Shown here one piece after another: positions 63,452 through 64,000 of a DNA stretch of 64,000 nucleotides. How positions within the stretch are numbered: position 1 is the stretch's first letter; every line of letters starts with the position of its first letter. The notes beneath the pieces were generated by a model. It made no database searches, was not told the DNA's origin, and was given only the letters and a program-made list of their open reading frames with translations. The stretch is from positions 1 through 64,000 of the forward strand of contig CAVTCR010000008.1 of assembly GCA_963733195.1 (NCBI GenBank), given 5' to 3'. The stretch comes from an uncultured delta proteobacterium. GTDB taxonomy: Bacteria; Desulfobacterota; Binatia; Bin18. Both the position numbers and the translations under genes were made by a program.

Positions 63452-64000
63452 GTGGACTTTGAGTATTCAGAAGAGCAGCAGTTATTGGCGAATAGTGTCA
63501 AGCAGTTCATCGCGAAAGACTATACGTTTGAAGCACGTAAGGAGATTATTGATTCGGCAACCGGATGCAGTGACCGTGTGTGGTCAACCTTTGCGGAGAT
63601 GGGACTCTTGGGGCTACCGTTTGCGAGTCAATACGGTGGTTTTGGTGGGAATGCTGTGGATCTTATGCCAGTGATGGAAGCGATCGGCGAAGGGTTGATT
63701 GTCGAACCCTATCTGGCGACCGTCGGCCTCGGCGGGCAGTTCATCGCTCGGGGTGGAAGCGCAGCGCAGAAACAAGCGCTTCTTCCTGCGATTGTTGAAG
63801 GCAAACTCAAGCTTGCTTTTGCTCAGAATGAGCGTAGTGCACGCTATGACCTATCGCATGTCACAGTCCGTGCGCAGAAGACTGAAAATGGGTACACCCT
63901 TGAAGGTGAGAAGTGCGTGGTCATTCACGGCTCCTGCGCTGATAAATTGGTTGTCTCGGCTCGGACAGCGGGAAAAGACACAAGTAGCAGAGGTATCAGT
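63452..64000 (+). CDS. Acyl-CoA dehydrogenase (PimD-like small subunit), runs off window edge
   Basis: Manual translation from GTG 63452: MDFEYSEEQQLLANSVKQF...FAEMGLLGLPF...YGGFGG...EPYLATV...LEGEKCVV. Confidence 0.9.
   Translation, partial: MDFEYSEEQQLLANSVKQFIAKDYTFEARKEIIDSATGCSDRVWSTFAEMGLLGLPFASQYGGFGGNAVDLMPVMEAIGEGLIVEPYLATVGLGGQFIARGGSAAQKQALLPAIVEGKLKLAFAQNERSARYDLSHVTVRAQKTENGYTLEGEKCVVIHGSCADKLVVSARTAGKDTSSRGIS

Noticed and set aside
1-64000. CRISPR array, tRNA or rRNA genes
   Set aside because: No regularly spaced 25-45 bp repeats with unique spacers, no cloverleaf or rRNA signature, and no cas genes were seen by eye.

Overview
The window has two parts of apparently different origin, joined abruptly near 4990. 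Bases 1-4990 are high-GC and actinobacterial-looking, made mostly of mobile DNA: a three-tyrosine-recombinase (RIT) element abutting the catalytic motif of an IS3-family transposase, a small secreted-protein gene and a DDE transposase fragment. Bases 4990-64000 are a moderate-GC bacterial chromosome segment, deltaproteobacterium/Binatia-like by gene content (inference only). Many single-base frameshifts are most likely long-read errors. This part carries CoA-transferases, a PLP aminotransferase fused to a Mur-ligase-like domain, a FIST protein, a Ccm cytochrome c maturation cluster with a CxxxY-type CcmE, the ffh-rpsP-khpA-rimM-trmD-rplS operon, an oligopeptide ABC transporter, trxB, a sugar ABC transporter next to the treS-mak/glgB/glgE alpha-glucan pathway, several TA modules and acyl-CoA dehydrogenases. 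The best candidate for an undescribed system is 27565-34335: an orphan GlmL/MutL-like ASKHA ATPase, a barrel-sandwich-hybrid/KOW protein and four membrane proteins, with no glutamate mutase in the window, downstream of the peptide ABC transporter. Also notable: a decayed island that duplicated the 3' end of the ABC ATPase gene and contains a transposase-less element with Tn3-like inverted repeats, nested REP-like hairpins, and widespread 7-bp tandem repeats. No rRNA, tRNA or CRISPR array was seen.
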